Shown piece by piece: positions 29,585 through 39,780 of a stretch of DNA of 64,000 nt. This stretch comes from Saccharolobus islandicus REY15A (lineage in GTDB: Archaea > Thermoproteota > Thermoprotei_A > Sulfolobales > Sulfolobaceae), in assembly GCF_000189555.1 (NCBI RefSeq), contig NC_017276.1; one strand, given 5' to 3'. A program made the position numbers and the translations under genes. Numbering within the stretch: position 1 is the first letter of the stretch; each line of letters starts with the position of its first letter. The notes beneath the pieces are model-generated. The model did not search any database and was not told where the DNA came from. It saw only the letters and a list, made by a program, of their open reading frames with translations.

Positions 29585-31268
29585 TTTTGATCTCCTTTAA
29601 TATTTCTGGGTCTTCCAATATAGTTTCATCTATTTCTTTTTCCAATAGTAAATCCCTCAAAACTCTCCTAACTATTTTACCGCTTCGAGACTTGGGTAGT
29701 CTTTCAACCTTGTATATTTTGTCAATAACGTATATGGGACCTAACATCTCCCTTACTTTAGTTACTATTGTTTTTTCGTCTATGTTTCCCACGTAAAAAA
29801 CTACTAATTTTTCACCCTTTATCTCATCTGGTATTCCTACAGCAGCTGATTCAACTATTCCTTCCAAAGAATTTATTACACTTTCTACTTCTCCACTAGT
29901 TATTCTATGCCCAGCTATCTTTATCATATCATCATCTCTACCAACTATTTTCACATAACCCTTTTCGTTAATTATAGCTAGATCCCCAGTATCATGGCCG
30001 TTGAATTTTTCAAAATAGCTTAAAAATTTGGCTTCGTCTTTCCAAATCCCAATAAATTGAGTAGGGAATGGTCCTCTTGCTATTAGGTGGCCAACATGTC
30101 CTCTTAAACTTTTCCCATATTCGTCCACTGTATCTATAACTGCACCAGGGAATGGTAATCCTGCATACCCTATTTTTGGTTCCACACTATCTAACGCATA
30201 TGGATAACCTATTACGTAACCCAATTCAGTTTGTCCATATACATCTACAACTTTATCAGAGAATCTTAATGCGTATTTCCATGCTGTTTCATCCATTATC
30301 TCCCCAGCAGTGGCTATGAACTCCACTCTTGGCAGTTTTACATCCAATTTCTGCAAAGTTCTAAGAAGTGTTGGGGATGTAAATAGTACTTTAGGCTGTA
30401 ACTCGTCAATTATTTTCGGTAATCTATCTGTTGGATAGTCTGGTGCTCCCTCTATAAATGCTAATGTGGAACCATGCATTAGAGTTCCATACATTATTCT
30501 CGAGAACGTTATCCATCCAACATCCGCAGTTGTTAGAACTATATCATTGCTTTTTAATGAGAACATTAACTCAAATACTGTGTAATCCCCTACCATCCAA
30601 GCTCCATGTGGTAAGATTATACCTTTAGGTTTTCCAGTTGTTCCGGAAGTGTACATTATCTTTAATGGTTCATTACTTTCTATTTTCTCAAATTCTTTAT
30701 ATTCTCTTGGATAGTCAAATTGTGAATCCCTTGGAAATATTATGTTGGCTAAGTTAGTATACAATTTTATTTCCTTTCCCCTTCTGAATGTCTTATCTGT
30801 GGAGATTACTAATTTAGGTTCTAGATTTGAAATTCTACTTACTATAGCATTTATTCCTAATCCTGCAAAAACGAGTGTATAAATTACTCCTATTCTAGCT
30901 GCAGCTAATATTGTAGCTATCGTATATATTGAGTTAGGCATGTAAATTGCAATCCTATCTCCTCTTCTTACCCCTTTATCTAATAATAATCCAGCAATCA
31001 TTGAGCTCATATTGTTTAACTCATTGAAGGTGATTTCATCTCCTTTGTATTTATGCTCTTTATAAAATATAAGGGCCTTACCAGTGTGATTAAGAGCGTT
31101 ATATGCAATATTTGTAGTACCGTTAACGAACCATTTAGCTATGGGTAGTTGTTTATTTTTTTCTATGACTTTTTCCCATTTCTTAAAGAATGATAGTTTA
31201 TTGGCAAAGGTTTCCCAGTAAGTTTCTGGTTTTTCTAAGGAAAGGTCGTAAAGTGTGTAGTAGTCCAT
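29556..31268 (-). CDS. AMP-forming acyl-CoA (acetyl-CoA-like) synthetase
   Basis: [30 protein letters not shown]...SGKI.RR. Confidence 0.93.
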   Translation of the reverse strand: MDYYTLYDLSLEKPETYWETFANKLSFFKKWEKVIEKNKQLPIAKWFVNGTTNIAYNALNHTGKALIFYKEHKYKGDEITFNELNNMSSMIAGLLLDKGVRRGDRIAIYMPNSIYTIATILAAARIGVIYTLVFAGLGINAIVSRISNLEPKLVISTDKTFRRGKEIKLYTNLANIIFPRDSQFDYPREYKEFEKIESNEPLKIMYTSGTTGKPKGIILPHGAWMVGDYTVFELMFSLKSNDIVLTTADVGWITFSRIMYGTLMHGSTLAFIEGAPDYPTDRLPKIIDELQPKVLFTSPTLLRTLQKLDVKLPRVEFIATAGEIMDETAWKYALRFSDKVVDVYGQTELGYVIGYPYALDSVEPKIGYAGLPFPGAVIDTVDEYGKSLRGHVGHLIARGPFPTQFIGIWKDEAKFLSYFEKFNGHDTGDLAIINEKGYVKIVGRDDDMIKIAGHRITSGEVESVINSLEGIVESAAVGIPDEIKGEKLVVFYVGNIDEKTIVTKVREMLGPIYVIDKIYKVERLPKSRSGKIVRRVLRDLLLEKEIDETILEDPEILKEIKSEIKRSERI

Positions 31269-31325
31269 ATCTTTTACTTATTATAGCTTTTTAATTTGTT
31301 TTTATGATTAGAAGAAACAGTGCTA

Positions 31326-31802
31326 TTATTCCATTATTCTTCTTTTTACCACTTTTCCACCACAATATGGGCACTCTCTATAGTCTATGTCAAATTCTCT
31401 TTTACAGTCAATGCAGACATATTTGAATTTAAAAGATTTTTCTACTTTTTTATTGATTTTGATTGAAGAGAATTGTATTCCAACATGTTTAAGTATATTT
31501 TGTACTGATAAGTCATCAGTAAATACGATTGACGGTTGCAGATCTAGTGCAAGTGCAATCACTGATATATCTGTATTAGATAGTTTTCTCTCTTTGGTAA
31601 GATTTAATACTTTAGTTACTTTTTCCACACTCCTTGTAGAAGGCTTCATTATTATTACCTTTCCGGACGATATGGCAATTTCTAGGTTAAATCTAGAATA
31701 TTTATCCTTTATTTCATTTATGACTTCCTGCGTGGTATAGACTCTATCTAATGACAATTGTAGTCCAGCTAGAAACGCTGAGGTATCAAATATGATATGC
31801 AT
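31326..31802 (-). CDS. nob1: Nob1 rRNA-processing endonuclease (PIN + Zn ribbon)
   Basis: [23 protein letters not shown]...CPYCG. Confidence 0.92.
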
Positions 31803-32544
31803 GTAATACTTCTCCTATTAAGTCTAGTTTGAAAAATCTTAAGATTTTTGCCTTGCGTTGGGAAACCCTTACCGTAATTTCTTGGTTAGTTTTTATCAAT
31901 GTTACAACCTCGCCATCTACTACCGCTCTGGCTGTTTGCGGATACCCCTTATCCTCTAATCTTAAGGTTAGGGGCTTTGGTGGTATTACAACCGATCTTA
32001 GATAGTAGAAAATTGGATTAACAAATATTATCTCTATCGCACTTAGGTCTTTATATAATAGAGAGTTGGTTGCAGACATACCCCAACCGCTACTTCCTTG
32101 TGGTGTGGAAACTAAAACCCCATCCCCTTCCACTGAGACTCTTTCTGTATCAAAACTTATTCCAACCTTTATGGCCTCTGGTCTATCGTATAAGATTCCT
32201 ACCTCGTTAAATCCTAATTCTACCTTGTCATTATATATCATTTCTAATAACATATATTCTTCCTCTTCATAATCTCCCTTTTTTAATCTCAAAAGAGCCT
32301 CCTCAAACTTATCTACTGGAACGTCCATTAATAATCCTCTTCTCCCTGCCTTTACAGCGATCACTGGTTTATTTTGCTTAACGGCTCTTAATAGAGTTCC
32401 ATCTCCACCTACTGCAATAACATAATCGAAATCTTTATCGACTACTTCAAAGCCCAATTTAGTAGAAATATTCTTAATTTTTTCTATTATGTTATTAAGT
32501 TGTGAAGTAGGTTTGCTCACTATCTTAACTCTCATTTTGTCCAC
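31786..32544 (-). CDS. nadK: NAD kinase
   Basis: GGDGTLL, NE, GDG.LVSTP.GS.G...SA. Confidence 0.92.
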
Positions 32545-32639
32545 ATATATACTTGAAAGTTATAATATTCTTTTCCTTTTCCCCGGGGGCTGTATAGGAA
32601 AAATTTAATATCGTAATTTTTGAATCATCCATTACAACA

Positions 32640-33707
32640 ATGAAAGGCATAAAAATCATAGTCGCCAGGGTTATTTACGCTATACATTGGTTTTATCTAG
32701 CACCTCTAATACCTTTTCTCGCAAGTAAACTCAATTTATCATTACAGATTGTTGGTTTAATTCCTTTTTCCTTCTTTTTGGGCTCTGGTATTATGCAAGT
32801 ACCTTCTGCCTATCTTTCAACTAAAATAGGGTTGAGGAACACTTTACTCCTAGGTCTTATTATAATGAGCATATCACCATTATTAATATCATTCTCGTCT
32901 AATTTTATTGAATTATTGATATTTTACCTAACAGATGGTATTGGTGCCTCAATGTTCTTTTCCACTGGGGGTGGGATTTTGGCTTCATTGAATAGGGACT
33001 CCCCTGGGCTAGCTTTAGGTATATATAATGCATCTTTTGCAGTTGGAGGACTTATAGGTTTAAATTGGTATACCATGTTTGGGAACTATTTATCATTTTA
33101 CGGCCTATCAATTTTGACATTTCTCTCACTTATTATTAATTTAAATAACCCGAACCTAAAACCAAGCTGGAAAATAATTAGGGATAATAGAATCGTAATT
33201 CTAGGGATTTCAATAGCTGGAATATGGGGAGTTTATTATGTTATAGGAGAATTATATCCGACGTTTGCATATTATTACTTGCATCTAAATTTAGTTGATT
33301 CAAGTTTGTTTACATCGCTCTTGCTTATTTCGTCAGTTATAGGCGGAAGTTTAACATTTTTAGCAGATAGAAAGATCAAGAAGTTCAACCTCCTTATAAT
33401 TTCCTCACTTCTAGGATCAGTCCCTTCTCTTCTTCTCTATACTAAGGTATATTTACTAGGTATAGTAATAACTGGTATTTTTAATGAACTAGCAATATCG
33501 GTGCTGTACTCGATAATAGCTAGTTTACAAAGAGACGCAAATGCAACCATGGGATTAGCCGTAGTTAATTCATTAAATATTTTAATTGGAATGAATTTTG
33601 AACCTCTAGCGTCATATTCAGGTTATTATATGTGGATTGTTGTTAATATCATCGGGCTGGTACTCTTTTCACTTATAATGTTAGTTAGGCAGAATATCTC
33701 AATTTAA
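32640..33707 (+). CDS. MFS transporter
   Basis: About 11-12 TM helices, motif-A-like G.LS.KIG.R. Confidence 0.85.
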   Translation: MKGIKIIVARVIYAIHWFYLAPLIPFLASKLNLSLQIVGLIPFSFFLGSGIMQVPSAYLSTKIGLRNTLLLGLIIMSISPLLISFSSNFIELLIFYLTDGIGASMFFSTGGGILASLNRDSPGLALGIYNASFAVGGLIGLNWYTMFGNYLSFYGLSILTFLSLIINLNNPNLKPSWKIIRDNRIVILGISIAGIWGVYYVIGELYPTFAYYYLHLNLVDSSLFTSLLLISSVIGGSLTFLADRKIKKFNLLIISSLLGSVPSLLLYTKVYLLGIVITGIFNELAISVLYSIIASLQRDANATMGLAVVNSLNILIGMNFEPLASYSGYYMWIVVNIIGLVLFSLIMLVRQNISI

Positions 33708-34038
33708 CTCTTACCTGAAATACTTTACTCTCATTGATCAACTCCAGATTTCCGCTTTCGTTCAATAGGCGTATTTTAAAGATTTTCTGCTTTGGTCCAC
33801 CATTAACTCTTATTGTTATCCAAGGATTAACTCCATATACTAAAATGGATACTTTTCCATCTATTTTGACAGTTTTAGTGCTTGAAGGTAACAAGAATAT
33901 TTCCTCCTCTCTGTAATTCTCCCCAACGTATTTTGTCCCCTCAGTTATAATGATATTATAATATCTAAACCATAAATAAGTCAGAATAGGCAATGGTAAT
34001 GCTAAAATTACTATACCAAGTTGTGTCTGATCAGTCAT
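33685..34038 (-). CDS. Hypothetical single-TM protein
   Basis: 117-aa ORF, N-terminal TM followed by a beta-rich domain. Confidence 0.65.
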   Translation of the reverse strand: MTDQTQLGIVILALPLPILTYLWFRYYNIIITEGTKYVGENYREEEIFLLPSSTKTVKIDGKVSILVYGVNPWITIRVNGGPKQKIFKIRLLNESGNLELINESKVFQVRVKLRYSA

Positions 34039-34122
34039 ATATAACTTTACGTTATTTGGTAATAAAAATTTGCACTAAGGTTTAAATAGTATAAATACTA
34101 CAACCTAATAGGTGGTTTGTAA

Positions 34123-35121
34123 GTGAATGAGTACGATATGGTTATAATCGGTGGTGGTCCAGTAGGTCTATTTGGAACTTTTTATGCAGGATTAAGAGAT
34201 ATGAAAGCATTATTGATAGATGCTCAAGATGAGTTGGGAGGTCAATTGGTTTCATTGTATCCGGAGAAAATTGTATATGATGTTGGTGGTTTAGCAGGGA
34301 TTCAAGCCTATGAATTAGCTCAAAGGCTAATTGAGCAAGCTAAAATGTTTGGTCCAGATATAAGAGTTAATGAATGGGCAGATATGATAGAAAAAACCAG
34401 CGATAACATGTGGATAGTTAAAACTGATAAAGGTTCATATAAAACTAAGACTATTTTTATTGCAGCAGGTATAGGGAAAATAGTACCTTCAAGGTTAGGA
34501 GCTAAAGGAGAGATTGAGTATGAGAATAAAGGGGTTTATTATACCGTAAGGAGAAAGAAAGACTTTGAGGGTAAGAGGATATTAGTAGTAGGTGGTGGAG
34601 ACTCTGCAGTTGATTGGGCATTAAATTTAGCCCCAGTAGCTAAATCCGTTACATTAATACACAGAAGAGATCAATTTAGAGCTCATGAGAGAAGTGTAAA
34701 GGAGCTTTTTAGGGTTGCTAACGTCTACGTCTGGCATGAACTAAAAGAAATTAAAGGGGATGGTAATAAGGTAACTCAAGCTATAATATTTGATAATAGG
34801 ACAAAGGAGGAGAAAGTGCTTAATGTAGATAGTGTAATTATAAGTATAGGATACAAAGGTGATCTTGGTAACATTCCTAAATGGGGAGTAAACATGAAGG
34901 GAAGGGATATAGTTGTTAACGGTAAGATGGAAACTAACTTACCTGGTGTTTACGCTGGAGGAGACATTGTACAGCTAGAAGGTTCTCCCAAGTTAGCGCT
35001 AATAGCTGTGGGTTTTGCCCATGCCGCTATTGCTATAAGTGTAGCGAAGAAATATGTGGAGCCTAGTGCCTCCTTATTTGCTGGTCATAGTTCGGAAATG
35101 GACAAATTTAAACCTAAGTAA
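34123..35121 (+). CDS. TrxB-like flavoprotein, ferredoxin-NADP+ reductase type (no CXXC)
   Basis: GGGP.G, GGQL..LYPEK.VYDVGG, GGGDSA.DWA, HRR, GD; the CXXC position reads YTVR. Confidence 0.88.
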   Translation: MNEYDMVIIGGGPVGLFGTFYAGLRDMKALLIDAQDELGGQLVSLYPEKIVYDVGGLAGIQAYELAQRLIEQAKMFGPDIRVNEWADMIEKTSDNMWIVKTDKGSYKTKTIFIAAGIGKIVPSRLGAKGEIEYENKGVYYTVRRKKDFEGKRILVVGGGDSAVDWALNLAPVAKSVTLIHRRDQFRAHERSVKELFRVANVYVWHELKEIKGDGNKVTQAIIFDNRTKEEKVLNVDSVIISIGYKGDLGNIPKWGVNMKGRDIVVNGKMETNLPGVYAGGDIVQLEGSPKLALIAVGFAHAAIAISVAKKYVEPSASLFAGHSSEMDKFKPK

Positions 35122-35142
35122 TTATTCTTTTTTCTAAATGCG

Positions 35143-35883
35143 ATGAAGACTGAAAGGCTTAACGCGTATTTCCCTGGCGTGAGAAGTTATTACATTATAG
35201 GCGAGATAGCTATAGTAACTCCTAAACGAGTTAACGTTGATTATAATTTAGTTGCTCAGAAGATTATGCAAGCTCATCCTAAGATAAAGGCCGTATATCT
35301 TAAAAAGAAGGTAAAAGGCGAATTAAGAACAAACGAATTAGAATTTCTATCTGGAGAAAGAATATCCAGCACAATCTACAAGGAGAACGGAGTATTATTT
35401 TATGTAGATATAGTCACGGTTTATGTTAATCCTTCTCTTTCTGGGGATAGACTAAAAAATGTGGAACTTGTTGAAGAAGGAAGTATTATATTAGATGCTT
35501 TTACTGGTTATGGTGCTATTGCACTAAATATAGCTCATAAAAAAAGGGCTTATATTGTTGCTGGGGATGTTAATATCGATGGATTGTATATGCTCAAGAA
35601 GTCTTTAAGTCTGAATAAGATAAAAGGTATGATAGATATCGTTCAATATGATGCGCACTATCTGCCATTTAGGGACAAGGTCTTTAAGTTATCTTTTGGA
35701 GATAATCCTACTTTGATAATTGATTTCAAAGAAGAGTTGTGCAGAGTTTCTGAAAATGTCGTATTTTACATTTTGTGCGAATCCAAAGATAAGGCAAATT
35801 CAAGTTTAGGTAAAACTGAGTGGGTTAAGATCAACGACTATTCTAAGAATCTCTTTATCTTCAAGGGGGTTGTCAGATGCTAA
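35143..35883 (+). CDS. Trm5/Tyw2-family SAM-dependent tRNA modification enzyme
   Basis: IIG.IA, GELR..E.E.L.G, YKENG..F.VD, LDAFTG.G. Confidence 0.82.
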   Translation: MKTERLNAYFPGVRSYYIIGEIAIVTPKRVNVDYNLVAQKIMQAHPKIKAVYLKKKVKGELRTNELEFLSGERISSTIYKENGVLFYVDIVTVYVNPSLSGDRLKNVELVEEGSIILDAFTGYGAIALNIAHKKRAYIVAGDVNIDGLYMLKKSLSLNKIKGMIDIVQYDAHYLPFRDKVFKLSFGDNPTLIIDFKEELCRVSENVVFYILCESKDKANSSLGKTEWVKINDYSKNLFIFKGVVRC

Positions 35884-36291
35884 AATATGAACTTCTCCCT
35901 CAACTTCAGTTTTAAGCAAGTTAATTATTTCTCTATTTATATCTCTTGCTGCTTTATCTGATCTTATCATTACTGTTGATCCTTCTATAAAAGTAGATTT
36001 TCTGAATATAATTTTATTTTGATTCTCAAAAGTAAATTTAGATGAACCTCTACCGTGAATTATGTCAAAGAGCTCTTTCACCCTAATCACGGCGTAAATA
36101 AACCTTTCATCGTTTCTAGCAATCTTTTTGAAGCTTTCACTTAGATCTCTTGCACCTTTATTGGCTAATATTCCTATTATACAGTCTCCTCTAGTCGTAA
36201 GATAATGATCCTTAGTTATTTCTAATGTGGTCTTATGTAATCCTCTAATGTTATAATGCCCCTTGATCTTTATCTTGTCTATTGCTATCAA
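35806..36291 (-). CDS. DUF371 family protein
   Basis: GH.NIR..H.TTLEIT.D..LT.RGDCIIG, I.FRKS.F, .R.DKAA.D. Confidence 0.9.
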   Translation of the reverse strand: MIAIDKIKIKGHYNIRGLHKTTLEITKDHYLTTRGDCIIGILANKGARDLSESFKKIARNDERFIYAVIRVKELFDIIHGRGSSKFTFENQNKIIFRKSTFIEGSTVMIRSDKAARDINREIINLLKTEVEGEVHILASDNPLEDKEILRIVVDLNPLSFT

Positions 36292-36544
36292 CTTTGGCTA
36301 GTATAAAAGTATATCCTCTTACCTCTATAAGTTTAGCTCCAACCATCTCTGCAACTCTTTTTGCGAATTCTTTTCGATCATCAATTTCCTTAATTCCTAT
36401 TTTTATCTTTATCACTTTATGTTCATTTAATCTCCTTTTTATTTCATTTAGCATACCTTCAGTTACACCATATTTACCTATTCTTATATCTGCCCTTTCA
36501 GCCCTAGTTTTCTTTATTAGATCCTTTATTTCTTGAGAGTACAT
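36251..36544 (-). CDS. YhbY/CRM-domain RNA-binding protein
   Basis: IRIGK.G.TE....EI...L..H..IKIK, ..RG.T.IL. Confidence 0.9.
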   Translation of the reverse strand: MYSQEIKDLIKKTRAERADIRIGKYGVTEGMLNEIKRRLNEHKVIKIKIGIKEIDDRKEFAKRVAEMVGAKLIEVRGYTFILAKVDSNRQDKDQGAL

Positions 36545-36818
36545 ATCTCCTTTGCCAATTACAAATAAGACATGTTCTAATTAAAATCTTTGACCTAATT
36601 CTCCTTCTCTCGGTCACACCAGTAATAAGGGGTGTATAACATTTTCTACAAAACATGCGTTTGTACTTTAAAGGAATTTTAACTCTACCTTTTCTCGAAT
36701 ACATTTCGGCTAATTTTATATATTCTCTTGCTAACTCCAAATCTCCCTTCCTTGCAGTAATGTAAGCCAGCTCAATAAGCTCAATAATTCTCTTCTTAAT
36801 CTTGTTTTTTATTCTCAC
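36504..36818 (-). CDS. rnp4: RNase P protein component 4 (Rpp21)
   Basis: LA..Y..LA, KR.FCRKC.TPL..G...R.R, C..C....RY. Confidence 0.93.
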   Translation of the reverse strand: MRIKNKIKKRIIELIELAYITARKGDLELAREYIKLAEMYSRKGRVKIPLKYKRMFCRKCYTPLITGVTERRRIRSKILIRTCLICNWQRRYVLSRNKGSNKEN

Positions 36819-36839
36819 GATAACTACTAAACCCCCTTT

Positions 36840-37511
36840 ATGTTAAAATATTCTATGCATTTAAATATTGTCTTACTGGAAGCTAGTCTAGAACTAGTTC
36901 CAAAAGAAATAGTTAACCATCCAGCTGTTATTAAGAACGCTAAAAGAAGGAATAAAAAACCTGAAGAGACTTTACTAGACATTTCCTTACACTATCATGC
37001 AATGAAAAGTTTAGAAAATAGCCATAAAAGAGGCAGACCTGATATTTTACACCAAGCCTTACTTGTAATTCTAAACGATCCAGTAATTAAAGGTGACCTA
37101 TTTATACATACCATACAATCTAAGATAATTAAGGTAAATCCCAATATGAGGCCACCTAAAAATTATTTGAGATTTATGGGTTTAATGGAGCAACTATTGA
37201 AATATGGAAGAATCCCTATTAATGGCGATGAGAGTCTAATGGAAGTTATAAATCTTACACTAGAGGAAATTGCAGCTAGATATAATTTAATATTACTATC
37301 AGAAAAGGGAGAAAAAATAAATCCAGAAGAACTCTGTAAGTTAGATGAAAAATGGATTTTGGGAATAGGAACTTTTCCTCATGGAGACTTTTCTGAAAAA
37401 ATTTTGAGTTTAGCTAAGAAAATTTATTCTATAAGCGAATTTCAGCTAGAAACACAACAAGTTTTGTGCCGAATCTTCTCTGCTTGTAACTCTATTTTAG
37501 GTTGGCCTTAG
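36840..37511 (+). CDS. nep1: 16S rRNA pseudouridine methyltransferase Nep1/Emg1
   Basis: L.EASLE.VP, LLD.S.HY.AM, RGRPDI.H, R.P.NY.RF.GLMEQL, IG.FPHG; true start may be 36855. Confidence 0.93.
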   Translation: MLKYSMHLNIVLLEASLELVPKEIVNHPAVIKNAKRRNKKPEETLLDISLHYHAMKSLENSHKRGRPDILHQALLVILNDPVIKGDLFIHTIQSKIIKVNPNMRPPKNYLRFMGLMEQLLKYGRIPINGDESLMEVINLTLEEIAARYNLILLSEKGEKINPEELCKLDEKWILGIGTFPHGDFSEKILSLAKKIYSISEFQLETQQVLCRIFSACNSILGWP

Positions 37512-38067
37512 CTTTGATAGTAACTATTCCACCTGGTACCACATCTACATCTTGTATTGACAAATCATATGCCTCTGCGATTTTTGAGAATATCTTTCCT
37601 GCACATAAGGTAGAGATTAAACTAAATCCGGTTCCAGTTATTCTAAATTCTATTACATCACCAGCATTTTTAATTGCTACATTTCTTATGGGCAAGATAA
37701 TTTTAATTGCATTATAAAAATCAAATAATTCATCTAGCGTTGAGGCTTTTGATCTTAAGAATGACCCTATTTGCTCTCCTACTTCTTCACACATATTTTC
37801 ATACTGCTTACTGTCTTTTTCATAAGCTAATTTGGTTAAATTCTCAAGGAACCAACTCGTTACCGGAACTATATCTAATGCCTTTGATATTGTATAATAA
37901 TCCACTAAACTTTCTAATGTATTTGCGTCTTCACCCTCCTTTAAAAGTTTCAGTAAGGCCTTAAGAGCAGCGTTAGTCAAAGAATAAATGGTATAACCCC
38001 TCTTTTTTGCCTCGCTTTCCAATTGCTCTATTAGGTCAGCTTCAGCTGCTATATTAACTCTTGGCAT
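37492..38067 (-). CDS. Ribbon-helix-helix (CopG-like) regulator with C-terminal ligand-like domain
   Basis: N-terminal MPRVNIAAEADLIEQLESEAKKRG.TIYSL...AL fits an RHH. Confidence 0.65.
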   Translation of the reverse strand: MPRVNIAAEADLIEQLESEAKKRGYTIYSLTNAALKALLKLLKEGEDANTLESLVDYYTISKALDIVPVTSWFLENLTKLAYEKDSKQYENMCEEVGEQIGSFLRSKASTLDELFDFYNAIKIILPIRNVAIKNAGDVIEFRITGTGFSLISTLCAGKIFSKIAEAYDLSIQDVDVVPGGIVTIKAKANLK

Positions 38068-38355
38068 AATCTGTCTATAGAAAGTTTGTAAAAAGACTAT
38101 TTATATTTAGTCGTGCTATCGTTTAAACTTATTTTAAAAAACTATGAATGAGGTGTGAAAGCAATTAAATCAAAAATTATGAACAATATTAATAATACTA
38201 TAAAGACTCCTAAATACCAATTATTATCAGCAAATAATGTCTTAATTAGATTAGCCCAACTCTTTATTTCACTTTTCTTTTGGCTCAAGTAAATCCACCA
38301 CTTTAATTTATGTTTTCTCATTTATAACTTTTGCTCTAATATATATGCGAAAATT

Positions 38356-38436
38356 TATTTATGAAATAAATCATATATACTAGGAGATAAGACATAAGAC
38401 TATTAATTTAACGTATTAGATATTTATGAAATAAAT
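38356..38436. repeat. Two copies of the 16-bp dyad TATTTATGAAATAAAT
   Basis: Identical copies at 38356-38371 and 38421-38436, each containing ATTTAT-N3-ATAAAT. Confidence 0.75.
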
Positions 38437-38460
38437 ATATTGAATCTAATTCTCATGTGC

Positions 38461-38508
38461 GATGATGACTGCCCGTTAAACATCTGATTTGGTACTGAAG
38501 ACTGCTGA
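38461..38508 (+). ncRNA. Box C/D guide sRNA candidate
   Basis: C ATGATGA (38462-68), guide CTGCCCGTTAAACAT, D' CTGA, degenerate C', D CTGA (38505-08). Confidence 0.7.
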
Positions 38509-38533
38509 AAGCTTTTAAACGTGGCTTAAGTCA

Positions 38534-38710
38534 TTATTAACGATATCAAGAGGGCGAATTCTTCTGGCCGAGAGGTGGGAGTGAAAGTTGCAATGAAGAT
38601 CTACTCTTTATGAAAGAATTTCGTTAATAAAGCATATTCCTTTGCAACTCGCTCCCTGGATTTATCTCTAGAGTAGGTTGTGATACGATATTAGAGTATC
38701 TTAGGCTCTT
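38534..38710 (+). ncRNA. Possible structured non-coding RNA
   Basis: Three long complementary helices (see findings) in a locally GC-richer intergenic tract; G-U pairs favour the + strand. Confidence 0.4.
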
Positions 38711-38895
38711 AAATGTCCTAATAATATTGTAGTTCCAAACCGATAAGCTACCCCTTTAAGGAGAAAAATTTGATATAACGTGTAGTTAATTGAAACATGA
38801 CTATTTTTACTGGTAAGTTATAAATACCCATATTATTCAATAAATATTGTATAAGAGACTCTGTTTTCCTATAAGTTATGGTGTGGTGATGAGGA

Positions 38896-39780
38896 TTGAT
38901 TTCAGTTAAAGTCCTAAGAAGACTCTCTATCATTTTTCTTTTTAGTAGCATTTTTCTTATTCCAATATTTCTGCTTGAATTTATCGTTGGAATACTATTT
39001 AAATCATATATACTAATAGCAGACTCTTACCATACGCTAATAGATTTTTTAATATCACTTCTTTTTTATTTTACTTTAGTCAAAATAAATACTAGATCTA
39101 GAAGATTTCCTTGGGGTCTCTATAATCTTGAAAGTCTTGTAATTTTGGCTACATCTATATTTATAGTCTATTTATCAGCAAATTTAATACTTAGTATGTT
39201 TGATAGTTCTATAACTTTTTCAATTTCACCATGGTATTCGATTATATTATTCGCAAGCAGTATTTACTCACTCGCGTTATACTTCGTAGAGAGGAGATAT
39301 GCTGAGATACAAATAGTAAAAAACGACATGGTTCACTCCTTTTTAGATAGTATAGCTGAAGTAGTCTCTGGCATAACGTTAATCGTACAAAATATGGTTT
39401 TAATAGATGTAGTAACGTTAGCAATTCTTACATTTACCTTAAGCGACGTAATTAGAGAGATTAAGGATTCAATCCTATCGATACTTGGTGCTTCAATAGA
39501 TTCTCCAATGAAGTTTCAGCTAATTAATGAACTTAGGTCAAAGAACATACCTATAATAAACTTGTATTTAAAAAGGTGCGGCTCTTTCTATGCGGTATAT
39601 GCTTATATAGGTTTACCTAAAGATATAACTCTAGAAAAAGCTTATAAAATTAAGAGAAAAACTAAGAGGATAATCAAGAAATACGATAATATAGCCTGCA
39701 TTGACGTAATACTCGTACCCTTAACCGATATTAAGAAAAAGAAAATATTAGAGCAAGTCAATACTCTTTACTCTAGGTAA
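38896..39780 (+). CDS. Cation diffusion facilitator (FieF-like)
   Basis: ADSYHTLID, FPWGLYNLESL, H..LD, C-terminal dimerisation domain. Confidence 0.88.
   Translation: MISVKVLRRLSIIFLFSSIFLIPIFLLEFIVGILFKSYILIADSYHTLIDFLISLLFYFTLVKINTRSRRFPWGLYNLESLVILATSIFIVYLSANLILSMFDSSITFSISPWYSIILFASSIYSLALYFVERRYAEIQIVKNDMVHSFLDSIAEVVSGITLIVQNMVLIDVVTLAILTFTLSDVIREIKDSILSILGASIDSPMKFQLINELRSKNIPIINLYLKRCGSFYAVYAYIGLPKDITLEKAYKIKRKTKRIIKKYDNIACIDVILVPLTDIKKKKILEQVNTLYSR

Noticed and set aside
38748-38951. 67-aa minus-strand ORF
   Set aside because: Overlaps the CDF gene start, no motif, likely a chance ORF in AT-rich DNA
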